Assembly (NCBI GenBank): GCA_038216085.1
Contig: JBBQQI010000002.1
Location: forward strand, 374-64,373
Length of the DNA stretch: 64,000 bases
From: Gaiellales bacterium
GTDB taxonomy: Bacteria; Actinomycetota; Thermoleophilia; Gaiellales; Gaiellaceae
Direction: 5' to 3'
Under the pieces are notes generated by a model, which was given only the letters and a program-made list of their open reading frames with translations, was not told the origin of the DNA and searched no databases. Both the position numbers and the translations under genes were made by a program. Below are positions 20,785-31,635 of the stretch, one piece after another; position 1 is the stretch's first letter; every line of letters starts with the position of its first letter.

Positions 20785-22466
20785 GCGTCTACGGCAAGAG
20801 CAGCCCGGCCAAGCGTCACAGCGCGGCACTCACCGACGGCCCCGACCGGGCGCCGGCGCGCGCGATGTTGAAAGGCGTCGGCTTCACGGACGCCGATCTC
20901 GCGAAGCCGCTCGTCGGCGTCGCGACGACCTGGATCGAGACGATGCCGTGCAACCTCAACCAGCGGCTGCTCGCGAACTACGTCAAGCAGGGCATTCGCC
21001 GCGCGGGCGGCACGCCGCTCGAGTTCAACACGATCGCCGTCTCCGACGGCGTCTCGATGGGGACGACCGGGATGCGCGCGTCGCTCGTCTCGCGCGAGGT
21101 GATCGCCGACTCGATCGAGCTCGTCGCGCGCGGCCACCTGCTCGACGGCCTCGTCTGCCTCGTCGGCTGCGACAAGACGATCCCGGCGGCCGTGATGGCG
21201 CTCGCGCGCCTCGACCTGCCCGGGCTCGTGCTCTACGGCGGGTCGATCGCACCCGGCCGCTACCGCGGCAGGGACGTGACGATCCAGGACGTCTTCGAGG
21301 TGGTCGGCGCGCACGCGGCCGGCAAGGTCAGCGAGGCGGAGGTGCACGCGCTCGAGAGCGTCGCGTGCCCGGGCGCAGGCGCCTGCGGCGGCCACTTCAC
21401 CGCGAACACGATGGCGACCGCGCTCGACTTCCTCGGCGTCAGCTCGCCCGGCCTGAATGAGATCCCGGCGAATCACCCGGGCAAGCCGCAGGCCGCCGTG
21501 CGGGCAGGTGAGCTCGTGATGAAGCTCGTCGAGTCGGACACGCGCCCGTCGCAGGTCCTGACGCGCGAGTCGATCGAGAACGCGATCGCTGCGATCGCTG
21601 GCACCGGCGGCTCGACGAACGGCGTGCTGCACCTCCTCGCGATCGCGCGCGAAGCGGGCATCGACCTCGAGATCGACGACTTCGACACGATTTCTGCGAA
21701 GACGCCGATCGTCGCGGACATCAAGCCGGGCGGCCGCTTCGTCGCGACTGACCTGTTCAAGGCTGGCGGTGTCTCGCTGATCGCGCGTGAGCTGATCGGC
21801 GCAGGCGTGATGCACGAGAATGTGCGCGGTGTCGACGGCCGCTCGCTGCGCGAGGTCGCAGACGGCGCCTTCGAGCAGCAGGGCCAGGAGGTGGTCGTCA
21901 GCTGGGACGAGCCGTTGAAGCCGAGCGGCGGGCTCGCGATCCTGCACGGCAACCTGTCGCCCGACGGATGCGTCGTCAAGCTCGCGGGGCACGAGCGGCT
22001 CCTCCATCGCGGCCCCGCGCGCGTCTTCGATTCCGAGGAGCAGTGCTTCGCCGCAGTGAAGGAGCGCTCGATCCGCCCCGGCGACGTGGTCGTGATCCGC
22101 TACGAGGGGCCTGCCGGCGGCCCCGGGATGCGCGAGATGCTGCACGTGACCGCAGCGCTCGTCGGCGAAGGGCTCGGCGACGAGGTGGCGCTGATCACCG
22201 ACGGCCGCTTCTCGGGCGCGACGCATGGGCTGATGGTCGGCCACATCGCCCCCGAAGCGTTCCGCGGCGGCCCGATCGCCGACCTGCGCGACGGCGACAC
22301 GGTTGTGATCGATGTCGAGAACCGGCGCCTCGACATGGAGGTCGACGCCGGCGTGCTGGCAGCGCGGCGCGCAGAGTGGCAGCAGCCGGAGCCTCGTTAC
22401 ACGACCGGCGTCTTCGCCAAGTACGCGGCGATCGTGCGCTCAGCCGCCGAGGGTGCGACGACGTGA
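20781..22466 (+). CDS. ilvD: dihydroxy-acid dehydratase
   Basis: The GTG overlaps the thrB stop (GTGA). IlvD/Edd motifs are present ([30 protein letters not shown]). Confidence 0.95.
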   Translation: MSVYGKSSPAKRHSAALTDGPDRAPARAMLKGVGFTDADLAKPLVGVATTWIETMPCNLNQRLLANYVKQGIRRAGGTPLEFNTIAVSDGVSMGTTGMRASLVSREVIADSIELVARGHLLDGLVCLVGCDKTIPAAVMALARLDLPGLVLYGGSIAPGRYRGRDVTIQDVFEVVGAHAAGKVSEAEVHALESVACPGAGACGGHFTANTMATALDFLGVSSPGLNEIPANHPGKPQAAVRAGELVMKLVESDTRPSQVLTRESIENAIAAIAGTGGSTNGVLHLLAIAREAGIDLEIDDFDTISAKTPIVADIKPGGRFVATDLFKAGGVSLIARELIGAGVMHENVRGVDGRSLREVADGAFEQQGQEVVVSWDEPLKPSGGLAILHGNLSPDGCVVKLAGHERLLHRGPARVFDSEEQCFAAVKERSIRPGDVVVIRYEGPAGGPGMREMLHVTAALVGEGLGDEVALITDGRFSGATHGLMVGHIAPEAFRGGPIADLRDGDTVVIDVENRRLDMEVDAGVLAARRAEWQQPEPRYTTGVFAKYAAIVRSAAEGATT

Positions 22467-22468
22467 GG

Positions 22469-23626
22469 TCAGGCTCGCTCCAGCAGCTTCCTGATCGCGC
22501 GCGTCGCCTGGCCGATTCGCTGCTCGTTCTCGACGAGCGCGAAGCGCACGTGACCGTCACCACCTTCCCCGAATCCGATCCCCGGGCTGACCGCGACGCC
22601 GGCCTCTCGCGCCAGGCGCAGGGCGACCTCGAGAGATCCGAGCGCACGGTACGGCTCGGGGATCGGTGCCCACACGAACATCGTCCCGCGTGGCGGTTCG
22701 ACCGGCCAACCCGCCCGGTCGAGGCCGCTGCACAGCGCGTCGCGGCGGCGGCGGTAGACCTCGCAGACCTCGGCGGGGTAGTCGGATGCCTGCCGGAGCG
22801 CGACCGTGGCGGCGATCTGGATCGGCTGGAACGTTCCGTAGTCGAGGTAGGACTTCAGCTTCGCGAGCGCCGCGACGACCTCCGGGCAGCCGACGACGAA
22901 GCCAACGCGCCAGCCGGCCATCGAGAAGGACTTGGTCAGGCTGTAGAGCTCGACCGCGCACGTTGCGGCGCCGTCGGCCGCGAGCACGGACGGCGGCCGG
23001 TGCCCGTCGAACGCCACGTCGGCGTAGGCGAAGTCGTGCACGAGCACGAAGTCGTGCTCGCGCGCGAGGTCGACGAGGCGCTGCATGTCGGCCCCGGTCG
23101 CAACAGCGGTCGTCGGGTTGTGCGGGAAGGAGACGATCACGACGCGCGGCTTCGCCGCGCGGACGGCGTCGGCGATCGCATCGATCCCGTCGGCAGCAAG
23201 CGGCGTGACGACCGTCGCGCCGGCCAGGCGCGGCGCAACCCGGTGGATCGGATAGGCCGGGGTCGGCACGACCACGGTGTCGCCGGGCGCCGCCAGCACC
23301 CACATCAGATGCGCCAGCCCTTCCTTGGCGCCGATCGTGCTCACGACCTGGGTCTCCGGGTCGAGGTCGACCCCGAAGGAGCGCTCGTAGTGCTCAGCGA
23401 CGGCCAGGCGAAGCTGCGCGATGCCGCGGCTCGCCGAGTAACGGTGGTTGGCCGGCTTGAGGGCCGCCTCGCGCAGCTTCTCGACCGCGACCGCCGGCGA
23501 CGGGAGATCGGGATTGCCGAAGCCGAGGTCGACGATGTCCCTGCCCTCGTGCCGCAGCTCGCGCTTCAACTGGTCGACCGTCGCGAAGACGTAGGGCGGC
23601 AGGTCGTCGATCCGGTAAAACTTCAT
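22469..23626 (-). CDS. class I/II pyridoxal-phosphate aminotransferase (AlaT/LL-DAP-aminotransferase-like)
   Basis: It has MKFYRIDDLPPYVF...DLGFGNPD, the SLTKSFSMAGWRVG PLP-lysine motif, and NPTT. The start is ATG 23624-23626, with an alternative at 23653. Confidence 0.85.
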   Translation of the reverse strand: MKFYRIDDLPPYVFATVDQLKRELRHEGRDIVDLGFGNPDLPSPAVAVEKLREAALKPANHRYSASRGIAQLRLAVAEHYERSFGVDLDPETQVVSTIGAKEGLAHLMWVLAAPGDTVVVPTPAYPIHRVAPRLAGATVVTPLAADGIDAIADAVRAAKPRVVIVSFPHNPTTAVATGADMQRLVDLAREHDFVLVHDFAYADVAFDGHRPPSVLAADGAATCAVELYSLTKSFSMAGWRVGFVVGCPEVVAALAKLKSYLDYGTFQPIQIAATVALRQASDYPAEVCEVYRRRRDALCSGLDRAGWPVEPPRGTMFVWAPIPEPYRALGSLEVALRLAREAGVAVSPGIGFGEGGDGHVRFALVENEQRIGQATRAIRKLLERA

Positions 23627-23636
23627 TTCGGAAAGT
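23620..23636. promoter_or_regulatory. 17-bp palindrome site S4 (ACTTCA-TTTCG-GAAAGT)
   Basis: Degenerate copy of the motif in the 25-bp gap between the aminotransferase and thrC-like 1. It overlaps the aminotransferase start codon, so this is the weakest instance. Confidence 0.3.
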
Positions 23637-23651
23637 ATTGTAGGAGAGCCC

Positions 23652-24869
23652 ATGGCTGTTGAAACGCTCAGATGTCGAGTCTGTGAAGCGGAATACCCCG
23701 CCGTCGCAAGCGGGGTGTGCGTTCGCTGCTTCGGTCCCCTCGAGCCCGTCTACGACTGGGATGCGGTCGCGCGCGCGGTCAGCCGCGAGAGCATCGCGGC
23801 AGGGCCGGCGTCCCTCTGGCGCTACGAGGCGCTCCTGCCGACGGCAGCTCCTGCAGACGCCGCCGGCGGGCCGGGGTGGACGCCGCTCGTGCGCGCGCCA
23901 CGGCTCGCGCAGGCGCTCGGGATCGCCGAGTTGTTCCTGAAGCTCGACCACTCAAACCCGACGCACTCCTTCAAGGACCGCGTCGTCGCCGTCGCCGCCG
24001 CCAAGGCCGCCGAGCTCGGCCTCGAGACGCTCGCGTGCGCATCGACCGGCAACCTCGGGAACGCCGTCGCCGCCCGCGCGGCCGCGAGCGGGATGCGCTC
24101 CGTCGTCCTCTATCCGGAGACCGTCGAGCCGGAGAAGCTGCTTGCGACCGCGGTGTACGGCGGCGAGATGTACGCCGTCCGCGGCACCTACGACGACTGC
24201 TCGCGCCTCGTGGTCGAGCTGGCCGGCGAGCTCGACTGGGCGTTCGTGAACGTGAACCTGCGCTCGTACTACGCAGAGGGATCGAAGACGCTTGCGTTCG
24301 AGATCGCCGAGCAGCTCGGCTGGCAGCTGCCGGACGCGGTCGTGGCGCCGGTCGCATCCGGGTCGCTCTTCACGAAGCTCTGGCAGGGGTTCGAGCAGTT
24401 CGGGCGTCTCGGCCTGGTCGACGGTGATAGCCCGCGCATCTACGGCGGGCAGGCCGAAGGCTGTGCGCCTGTCGCGCACGCCTATGCCGAAGGCCGGCCG
24501 GTCTCGCCGATCCGTCCCGCGACGATCGCGCACTCGCTCGCGATCGGAGCGCCCGCCGACGGCGACCTGGCGATCGCAACCGCGCATGCATCTGGCGGGA
24601 CGATCTACGCCGTCGCCGAGGACGACATCGGCGCGAACATGTCGCTCCTCGCAGGAACCTGCGGTGTCTTCGGCGAGACCGCCGCCGGTGTGACGATCGG
24701 CGCGTTGCGCGCGGCGGCCGCCTCCGGTGAGATCGGCGAGGGAGACCGCGTCGTCGCGCTGATCACCGGCTCGGGATTGAAGACGCCCCAGGTGGTCGAC
24801 GTCCGCGAGGGCACACACATCGACGCCGACGTCGACGAGCTGCTTGCCGGGCTCGGGGTCAGCGTATGA
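23652..24869 (+). CDS. threonine synthase-like PLP enzyme with N-terminal Cys4 zinc ribbon (paralog 1)
   Basis: It has CRVCEAEY...CVRCFG, then NPTHSFKDRVV (PLP Lys) and CASTGNLGNA. 405 aa with SD AGGAG upstream. The stop overlaps the leuB start (ATGA). Confidence 0.75.
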   Translation: MAVETLRCRVCEAEYPAVASGVCVRCFGPLEPVYDWDAVARAVSRESIAAGPASLWRYEALLPTAAPADAAGGPGWTPLVRAPRLAQALGIAELFLKLDHSNPTHSFKDRVVAVAAAKAAELGLETLACASTGNLGNAVAARAAASGMRSVVLYPETVEPEKLLATAVYGGEMYAVRGTYDDCSRLVVELAGELDWAFVNVNLRSYYAEGSKTLAFEIAEQLGWQLPDAVVAPVASGSLFTKLWQGFEQFGRLGLVDGDSPRIYGGQAEGCAPVAHAYAEGRPVSPIRPATIAHSLAIGAPADGDLAIATAHASGGTIYAVAEDDIGANMSLLAGTCGVFGETAAGVTIGALRAAAASGEIGEGDRVVALITGSGLKTPQVVDVREGTHIDADVDELLAGLGVSV

Positions 24870-25894
24870 GCGCGCTGATCGCATGCCTGCCGGGCGACGG
24901 CATCGGCCCCGAGGTGCTCGAACAGGGCGTGCGCGTGCTCGAGAGCCTGCCGGTCGACGTCGAGATCGTTCGGCTCCCGTTCGGCGGAGCAGCGATCGAC
25001 GAGCACGGCGACCCGCTGCCGCAGGAGACGCTCGCAGCGTGCCGAACCGCGCAGGCGGTGCTGCTCGGCGCGGTCGGCGGCCCCAAGTGGGACGGCGGCG
25101 CCGTGCGTCCCGAGCAGGGGCTGATCGGCCTGCGGAAGGCGCTCGATGTCTACGCGAACCTGCGACCTGCCCGTCTGGGCGACGTCGATCTCGTGATCGT
25201 CAGGGAGCTCGTCGGCGGTCTCTACTACGGCGCCCGGGGCGTGCGCGAGGACGGGACGGTCTTCGACACGTGCGAGTACCACCCGTCGCAGGTCGAGCGG
25301 ATCGCACGGCGCGCGTTCGCGATCGCGGCCGGTCGCAGCCGTTCGCTCGTGTCGGTCGACAAGGCGAACGTGCTCGACACTTCACGACTCTGGCGCCGCG
25401 TCGTCACCGAGGTGTCGCAAGAGTTTCCGGAGATCGAGTTGCGGCACGCGCTCGTCGACAGCTTCGCGATGGAGGTCGTGAGCTCGCCCGAGCGCATCGA
25501 CGTGGTCGTGACCGAGAACACCTTCGGCGACATCCTTTCCGACGTCGCCGCGGCCGTCACGGGCGGGCTCGGGCTTGCTGCCTCCGCCAGTCTCGGCGAT
25601 GCAGGCCCCGGCATCTTCGAGCCGGTTCACGGCTCCGCGCCCGACATCGCAGGTACAGGCGCCGCCAACCCCGCGGCGATGCTCCGCTCGGTCGCGCTGC
25701 TGCTCGAGCACGGGCTCGGGCGCCCCGACCTCGCGACCGCCGTCGCAGCGGCCGTCGACGAGGCGCTCGTCTCGCGCCCGACGCGGGACGCCGGCGGTAA
25801 CGCCACGACCACCGACTTCGGCGACGCGGTGCTCGCGTCGCTCGACCGCATCGTTTCGACGAAGGAGGAAGCATGGAACGCCGCCGTGACGTGA
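24866..25894 (+). CDS. leuB: 3-isopropylmalate dehydrogenase
   Basis: Intact motifs: LPGDGIGPEV, NLRP, VRELVGGLYYG, DKANV, ENTFGDILSD and HGSAPDIAGTGAANP. Confidence 0.93.
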   Translation: MSALIACLPGDGIGPEVLEQGVRVLESLPVDVEIVRLPFGGAAIDEHGDPLPQETLAACRTAQAVLLGAVGGPKWDGGAVRPEQGLIGLRKALDVYANLRPARLGDVDLVIVRELVGGLYYGARGVREDGTVFDTCEYHPSQVERIARRAFAIAAGRSRSLVSVDKANVLDTSRLWRRVVTEVSQEFPEIELRHALVDSFAMEVVSSPERIDVVVTENTFGDILSDVAAAVTGGLGLAASASLGDAGPGIFEPVHGSAPDIAGTGAANPAAMLRSVALLLEHGLGRPDLATAVAAAVDEALVSRPTRDAGGNATTTDFGDAVLASLDRIVSTKEEAWNAAVT

Positions 25895-26049
25895 TCACCG
25901 AGGCCGACCGGTCGCCGAGGACCGAGCCTCTGACTGTCTGCGCCTGCACGGTCCCGGTCCCCGAGGTGCGCGCGCTCCGCAAGGGCGCCGCACGGACGCA
26001 CTGCTCGACGTGCGGGCTGCCCGTCCGCCTGGATTTCGCGATCCGGTGA
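25873..26049 (+). CDS. candidate 58-aa Cys4 zinc-ribbon small protein bridging leuB and pheA
   Basis: Hand-translated ([58 protein letters not shown]). A strong SD GAAGGAGGA lies 3-5 nt upstream. It overlaps the leuB end by 22 nt, and its stop overlaps the pheA GTG (GTGA). Confidence 0.35.
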   Translation: MERRRDVITEADRSPRTEPLTVCACTVPVPEVRALRKGAARTHCSTCGLPVRLDFAIR

Positions 26050-26873
26050 GCTTGACGGTTGGATATCCAGGCCCGCCCGGCAGCCACAGTGGCGCAGCCG
26101 CGTCGGTGCTCGTGCCGGATGCGGCCGACTCGATCGGCCTGCCGAGCTTCACCGCGGTCATCTCCGCCGCTGAAGCGGCGGAGGTGACGCTCGGTGTCCT
26201 GCCGATTGAGAGCTCGCTCGTCGGCCCGATCGCAGAGACTCACGACCTGCTCTACGGCTCTGCGCTCTCGATCATCCGTGAGGCGACCCTGCCGATTCGT
26301 CACTGCCTGCTCGGCGTGCCGGGCGCGCGCCTCGACCGCGCGACCGCGGTCTGGTCGCATCCGGCCGCGTTCGACCAGTGCCGCGAGCTGCTCGGAGACT
26401 GGGACGTGGGCTGTGTCCCGATGGCGACGACTGCGGATGCTGCGCGCAGCGTGGCCGAGGCGTGCGACCCGTCACAGCTTGCGATTGCGAGCAGCGAGGC
26501 GGCCGCCAACTACGGGCTCGAGGTCGTCGCCGACGACGTCGGCGACCAGCCGGCCGCGTTCACCCGCTTCGTCGCGCTCGCTCCGTATACGCAGCTCGCG
26601 GGTGGCGACGGCTGGCGCACGGCGCTCTCGTTCGTGACCGACCACCAGCCCGGCGCCCTGTTTCGCGCGCTAGGGCCGCTCGCCCGGAACGGCGTCAACC
26701 TGCGGCAGCTCGTCTCGCGGCCGTTGCCGAACTCTCCGTGGCGCTACCGCTTCGACGTCATCCTGGACGGGCACGTCTTCGACCCGTCGGTACGGCCCGC
26801 ACTGGCCGAGCTGCGCGCGTTGACTCGCGAGCTGCGGCTGTTCGGCTCCTATGCGGCCGAGGTCGCGCGGTGA
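26046..26873 (+). CDS. pheA: prephenate dehydratase
   Basis: PDT domain ([18 protein letters not shown]) plus a C-terminal ACT domain ([19 protein letters not shown]...NLRQLVSRP). GTG 26010 is an alternative start. Confidence 0.85.
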   Translation: MSLTVGYPGPPGSHSGAAASVLVPDAADSIGLPSFTAVISAAEAAEVTLGVLPIESSLVGPIAETHDLLYGSALSIIREATLPIRHCLLGVPGARLDRATAVWSHPAAFDQCRELLGDWDVGCVPMATTADAARSVAEACDPSQLAIASSEAAANYGLEVVADDVGDQPAAFTRFVALAPYTQLAGGDGWRTALSFVTDHQPGALFRALGPLARNGVNLRQLVSRPLPNSPWRYRFDVILDGHVFDPSVRPALAELRALTRELRLFGSYAAEVAR

Positions 26874-28267
26874 GCGGGACGACGCTCTTCCGCAAGATCT
26901 GGGATACGCACGTCGTCGAGGCGCCCGACGCTGCGCCTACGTTGCTCTACGTCGACCTGCACCTGGTACACGAGGTGACGAGCCCGCAGGCGTTCGAAGG
27001 GCTTCGCCTGGCGGGCAGGACGGTGCGCCGCCCCGACTTGACGGTCGCGACGATGGATCACAACGTCCCGACGCTCGACGGGCCGATTGCCGACCCGCTT
27101 GCGCGCGCCCAGCTCGAAGCGTTGCGCGCGAACTGCGACGAGTTCGGCGTGCGGCTCTTCGCGACGGGCAGTGGGCGCGAGGGAATCGTGCACGTGATCG
27201 GCCCCGAGCTCGGCGTGTCGCAGCCGGGGATGACGCTCGTCTGCGGCGACAGCCACACCTCGACCCACGGCGCGTTCGGTGCGCTCGCGTTCGGGATCGG
27301 AACCTCCGAGGTCGAGCATGTGCTCGCGACGCAGACGCTGCAGCAGGCGTTGCCGAAGACGATGCAGGTGGCGTTCGACGGCGACTTGCCGTTCGGCCTC
27401 TCGGCGAAGGACCTGGTGCTCGCCGCGATCGGGCAGCTGGGCGTCGCGGGCGGCCAGGGCTTCGTGCTCGAGTACACCGGCGCGGCGATCGAGGCGCTCA
27501 GCATGGAGGGGCGGATGACGGTCTGCAACATGTCGATCGAGGCGGGCGCGCGGGCCGGGATGATCGCGCCCGACGACGTGACGTTCGCCTACCTCGAGGG
27601 TCGGCCTGCCGCCCCCACGGGCGCGGCGTGGGAACGCGCGCTCGAGCAGTGGCGCTCGCTCCGCACCGACGACGACGCGTCCTACGACGCGGTCACGACG
27701 GTCGACCTTTCGCAGCTGAAGCCGCAGGTGACGTGGGGGACGAACCCGGGCATGGTCGCGTCCGTGGACGGGGTCGTGCCGGATCCGGCCGACTACGACG
27801 ACGCCGACGAGCGTGACGCCGTCGAGCGGGCGCTGAGCTACATGGACCTGACGCCGGGCACGCCGCTCGTCGAGGTCAGGATCGACAAGGTCTTCATCGG
27901 CTCGTGCACGAACGCGCGCATCGAGGACCTGCGGACGGCTGCCAAGGTCGTCGCCGGCCGCCGTGTCGCATCCGGGGTGCAGGCGATCGTCGTCCCCGGC
28001 TCTGCGCAGGTGAAGCTGCAGGCGGAGCAGGAAGGGCTGCACGACGTGTTCGAGTCGGCCGGTTTCGAGTGGCGGCGCGCCGGCTGCTCGATGTGTCTCG
28101 GCATGAACCCGGACGTGCTCGCCGCCGGTGAGCGCTGCGCCTCCACCTCGAACCGCAACTTCGAAGGCCGCCAGGGCGCGGGCGGGCGCACGCATCTCGT
28201 CAGCCCGGCGATGGCTGCCGCAGCTGCCGTCAGCGGCCACTTCACAGACGTGCGGGAGCTCGTATGA
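26870..28267 (+). CDS. leuC: 3-isopropylmalate dehydratase large subunit
   Basis: The GTG overlaps the pheA stop (GTGA). Aconitase-family motifs are present ([26 protein letters not shown]). Confidence 0.95.
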   Translation: MSGTTLFRKIWDTHVVEAPDAAPTLLYVDLHLVHEVTSPQAFEGLRLAGRTVRRPDLTVATMDHNVPTLDGPIADPLARAQLEALRANCDEFGVRLFATGSGREGIVHVIGPELGVSQPGMTLVCGDSHTSTHGAFGALAFGIGTSEVEHVLATQTLQQALPKTMQVAFDGDLPFGLSAKDLVLAAIGQLGVAGGQGFVLEYTGAAIEALSMEGRMTVCNMSIEAGARAGMIAPDDVTFAYLEGRPAAPTGAAWERALEQWRSLRTDDDASYDAVTTVDLSQLKPQVTWGTNPGMVASVDGVVPDPADYDDADERDAVERALSYMDLTPGTPLVEVRIDKVFIGSCTNARIEDLRTAAKVVAGRRVASGVQAIVVPGSAQVKLQAEQEGLHDVFESAGFEWRRAGCSMCLGMNPDVLAAGERCASTSNRNFEGRQGAGGRTHLVSPAMAAAAAVSGHFTDVRELV

Positions 28268-28857
28268 ACGCGTTGTGCTCGGTCACCGGCAGCGTCGCGA
28301 TCCTCGACCGCCCCGATGTCGACACGGATCAGATCATCCCGAAGCAGTTCCTGAAGCGCATCGAGCGCTCCGGCTACGGCGAGTTTTTGTTCTTCGACTG
28401 GATGAAGGATCCCGACTTCGAGTTGAACGGGCCCGAAGCCCAGGGTGCGAGCATCCTGCTCGCCGGGCGGAACTTCGGCTGCGGCTCATCGCGCGAGCAT
28501 GCGGCGTGGGCGCTCGAGGACTTCGGGTACCGCATCGTGCTCGCGCCGTCGTTCGGCGACATCTTCCACACGAACGCCGTCAAGACGGGCCTCGCGCCGA
28601 TCGTCCTCCAGCCGGACGAGATCTTGCAACTGCGGACGGCGCTCGAGTCACGCAACGAGCTGACGGTCGACCTGGAGAGCCTGACGATCGCCCATCCCGG
28701 CGGGTTGCGTCTCTCCTTCCCGTTCGACCCGTACGCCCAGCAGACGCTCGTACACGGTCTGGACGACATCGCGCGGACGCTGCTCCGCGATGGTGTGATC
28801 GCGCAGTTCGAGTCGTCGCATGAGTCGCGCTTCGACGCTCGTTCGCTGCCCGCCTGA
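28264..28857 (+). CDS. leuD: 3-isopropylmalate dehydratase small subunit
   Basis: ATGA overlap with leuC. It has [13 protein letters not shown] and [13 protein letters not shown]. Confidence 0.93.
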   Translation: MNALCSVTGSVAILDRPDVDTDQIIPKQFLKRIERSGYGEFLFFDWMKDPDFELNGPEAQGASILLAGRNFGCGSSREHAAWALEDFGYRIVLAPSFGDIFHTNAVKTGLAPIVLQPDEILQLRTALESRNELTVDLESLTIAHPGGLRLSFPFDPYAQQTLVHGLDDIARTLLRDGVIAQFESSHESRFDARSLPA

Positions 28858-29161
28858 CGAAGCCAGGGCCGCACGCGTTGGTCTTCGACACCTTCTGACG
28901 GTTCGAACGGTGTCGGCCGGTCATCAAGATTTCGTACACCTTGATTGGGATGGCCGCGCCGTGAAACTCATACACGTGAACCTCACGCTTGACGGTAGCG
29001 ATCGTCGTTCCCGATGGTTCTTGGCCGCTCCAGACGGTAATACGTTGTCCGCTTTTTTGGGGATCAACATCTGCGCAGTTGCGCAGTTTCTTCGCGGTCG
29101 GGTGAAAGAATATACATTCGCCGCTGGGGTGTTGCGCGATCCCAGCCAACCCCAGTCTGTC

Positions 29162-31624
29162 TCAGCCCGTATTACGCAGCGCCGCCGCGATGCCCGCGAT
29201 CGAACGGAGCAGCGGCAACTGCGCGGCGGCGTCGCCTGCGCGGTGGCGGCGGAGGAGCTCGACCTGCAGCGCGTTCATCGGGTCGACGTACGGATTGCGC
29301 AGGTCGACCGAGCGGCGGAGCATCGGCTGGCGCTCGAGCAGCCGCGACACGCCGGTCGCCGCGAGCACGCCGGCGACCGTGCGCGCATGCTCGGCCTCGA
29401 TCGTCTCGAAGAGCGCCCGGTCGCGCACGAGCGGCAGGTAGCCGCGGGCGATCGACAGGCTCGACTTCGCAAGGGTCATCTCGAGGTTGTCGACGACCGT
29501 GCGGAAGAACGGCAGGCGTTCGTAGAGGTCGCGCAGCGTCGAAAGCCCGGCCTCGGCGAACGCAGTCCCGCAACCGAACCACGCGGGGAGGAGCACACGG
29601 TTCTGCGTCCACGCGAACACCCAGGGAATCGCCCGCAGCGACGCCAGGTAATCGACGTCGTCCGGCCGGCGGGCCGGGCGTGACGCGATCTCGAGCAACG
29701 CCAGTTCGTCGACCGGCGTGAAGGCGCGGAAGAACTCGACGAACGCGTCGTCCTCCCAGACGAACGCGCGGTAGGCCCGCCGCGAGCTCGCCGCGAGCCG
29801 ATCGAGGATCGCGCGGTCGTCGGGCCGCGGTGGTGGCGAGAGCACTTCGGGGAAGGTCGCGATCAGCGTCCCCGCGAGAGCCGCCTCGAGGTTCTGGCGC
29901 GCGAGCCCCTCGAGGCCGTACTTGAACGAGACCGTCTCTCCCTGCTCGGTCACTTTCACCCGGCCCGGCGGATGTCCCGGCGGCTGCGAGACGATCGCGG
30001 CGTGCGTCGGGCCGCCTCCGCGCCCGGCGCTGCCGCCGCGCCCGTGGAAAATCGTCAGCTCGACGCCGTGCCGCTCGGCAACGGCGGCGAGCCCCTCCTG
30101 TGCGCGATAGATCGCCCACTGCGCGGCCAGGTAGCCGCTGTCCTTGCCGGAGTCCGAGTAGCCGACCATCACCTCGGCCGCGCCGCCGCGGTCGTCGACA
30201 CGCTGCGCGAACCGTTCGTCCGCGAGCAGCTCGTCGAGGATCGCCGGCGCGCGCTCGAGGTCGTCGACGGTCTCGAAGAGCGGGACGATCGCGAGCGGCT
30301 CGCTGGTCAGCTCGAGCGCGCGCACGACGTCGGCGGCCGAGCTCGTGCCCGAGACGATCAACGTGTCGAGCGCGGCCGAGCCGTGACGGCCGCGCGCAGC
30401 CTCTGCCGCTGCGACTGCGTCACGCGCGCGTTTCGATGCAAGGTCGCGCGCGTGCAGGCGGATGTCGAGCTTGGCGACGTGGAAGCCGAACACCTCGACC
30501 ATCCGCGCAAGGCGGGCGACGCGCCCGTTCGCGACGCGCTCGCCGCCGTTTGCAGTCAGGCTCTGCCGGATCACGCGCAGGTCGTCGAGCAGCTCGCTCG
30601 CGTCGCGGTAGCCGTCGTTGCCGAGCCGCCACCACATGAACGACAGCTTGCGCCGGTAGGGCTCGAGCTGGTTCCGCGCGCCGATCTCCGCCGCATACGC
30701 CGGCAGGGCGAGCGCGTCGCGCTCGAGTGATCGCTCGAGCTCGTCGGAGACGGTGACGAGCGACCGTGCCGCGGCGATCTCGACCGCGAGCGCGCGCACC
30801 TCGTCGCGGTACCGCGCGAACGCCAGCTCCCGGGCGCGCTGCAACGCCTCGTCGATCGAGGCCGGCCCTGCCGCGGGGTTGCCGTCCATGTCGCCGCCCA
30901 CCCAGGTGCCGAACGCGAGCGGGGACGGTCCGCCCGGCACCCGCTCACGCCAGTCACGGAGCACGTCCGTCGCGGCGGAGATCAGGCTGTGTTCGAAGAA
31001 CCACAGCACGTGCCGGATCTCGTCGGAGATGCGCAGGCGGTCGTGCCGCACCTCGTCGGTCTGCCAGAGCAGCGTCACCTCCTCGGCGATGCGCTCCTCT
31101 GCCTCGCGCCGCTCGGCGGGAGAGACGCGCGCGTCATCGAGCACGACCAGTTGCGCCCGGATTCGAATGTGCGCGAGCAGCACGCTTCGGCGAGTGGTCT
31201 CGGTCGGGTGCGCCGTCAGCACGAGCCGGATCGACGTGCGGCCCGCGCGGCGCTCGAGCGCCGCGGGCTCCACCGCTTCGAGCTGCCGGAACGCGTCGTC
31301 GAGCGATTCCCTCGAGGGCCGGCCGTCGTGGGCGTCCTCGCGCCGGCGCCGCAGGCGGTGATGCTGCTCGGCGAGGTTCGCGAGCTGGAAGTAGAGACCG
31401 AACGCGCGGAGCACGAGGGCCTGCGCCTGCGGATCGGCGCCGGCGAGCTCGGTTGCGTGCTCTGCGGGGCCGGTGCTGCGCGCGGCCCGCGCCACACGCC
31501 GGATCGTCTCGACGAGCTCGAGCAGCCACGGCCCCTCCTGCTCGACGAGCACGCGCCCGAGGATCGTGCCGAGCAGGCGCACGTCGTGCCGAAGCGGCGC
31601 GGCGCTGTCACTCGGCAGGCTCAC
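29162..31624 (-). CDS. ppc: phosphoenolpyruvate carboxylase
   Basis: 820 aa with VLTAHPTE, GYSDSGKDSG, FHGRGGSAGRGGGP and the canonical C-terminal RNTG. Confidence 0.95.
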   Translation of the reverse strand: MSLPSDSAAPLRHDVRLLGTILGRVLVEQEGPWLLELVETIRRVARAARSTGPAEHATELAGADPQAQALVLRAFGLYFQLANLAEQHHRLRRRREDAHDGRPSRESLDDAFRQLEAVEPAALERRAGRTSIRLVLTAHPTETTRRSVLLAHIRIRAQLVVLDDARVSPAERREAEERIAEEVTLLWQTDEVRHDRLRISDEIRHVLWFFEHSLISAATDVLRDWRERVPGGPSPLAFGTWVGGDMDGNPAAGPASIDEALQRARELAFARYRDEVRALAVEIAAARSLVTVSDELERSLERDALALPAYAAEIGARNQLEPYRRKLSFMWWRLGNDGYRDASELLDDLRVIRQSLTANGGERVANGRVARLARMVEVFGFHVAKLDIRLHARDLASKRARDAVAAAEAARGRHGSAALDTLIVSGTSSAADVVRALELTSEPLAIVPLFETVDDLERAPAILDELLADERFAQRVDDRGGAAEVMVGYSDSGKDSGYLAAQWAIYRAQEGLAAVAERHGVELTIFHGRGGSAGRGGGPTHAAIVSQPPGHPPGRVKVTEQGETVSFKYGLEGLARQNLEAALAGTLIATFPEVLSPPPRPDDRAILDRLAASSRRAYRAFVWEDDAFVEFFRAFTPVDELALLEIASRPARRPDDVDYLASLRAIPWVFAWTQNRVLLPAWFGCGTAFAEAGLSTLRDLYERLPFFRTVVDNLEMTLAKSSLSIARGYLPLVRDRALFETIEAEHARTVAGVLAATGVSRLLERQPMLRRSVDLRNPYVDPMNALQVELLRRHRAGDAAAQLPLLRSIAGIAAALRNTG

Positions 31625-31635
31625 GGTTTCAGCGT

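Noticed and set aside
28580-29149. 189-aa minus-strand ORF, and the overlapping 287-aa plus-strand ORF 28820..29683, as genuine genes.
   Set aside because: Both run deep into leuD or ppc in antisense, and only ~75 codons look protein-like. The region is reported as a possible remnant instead.
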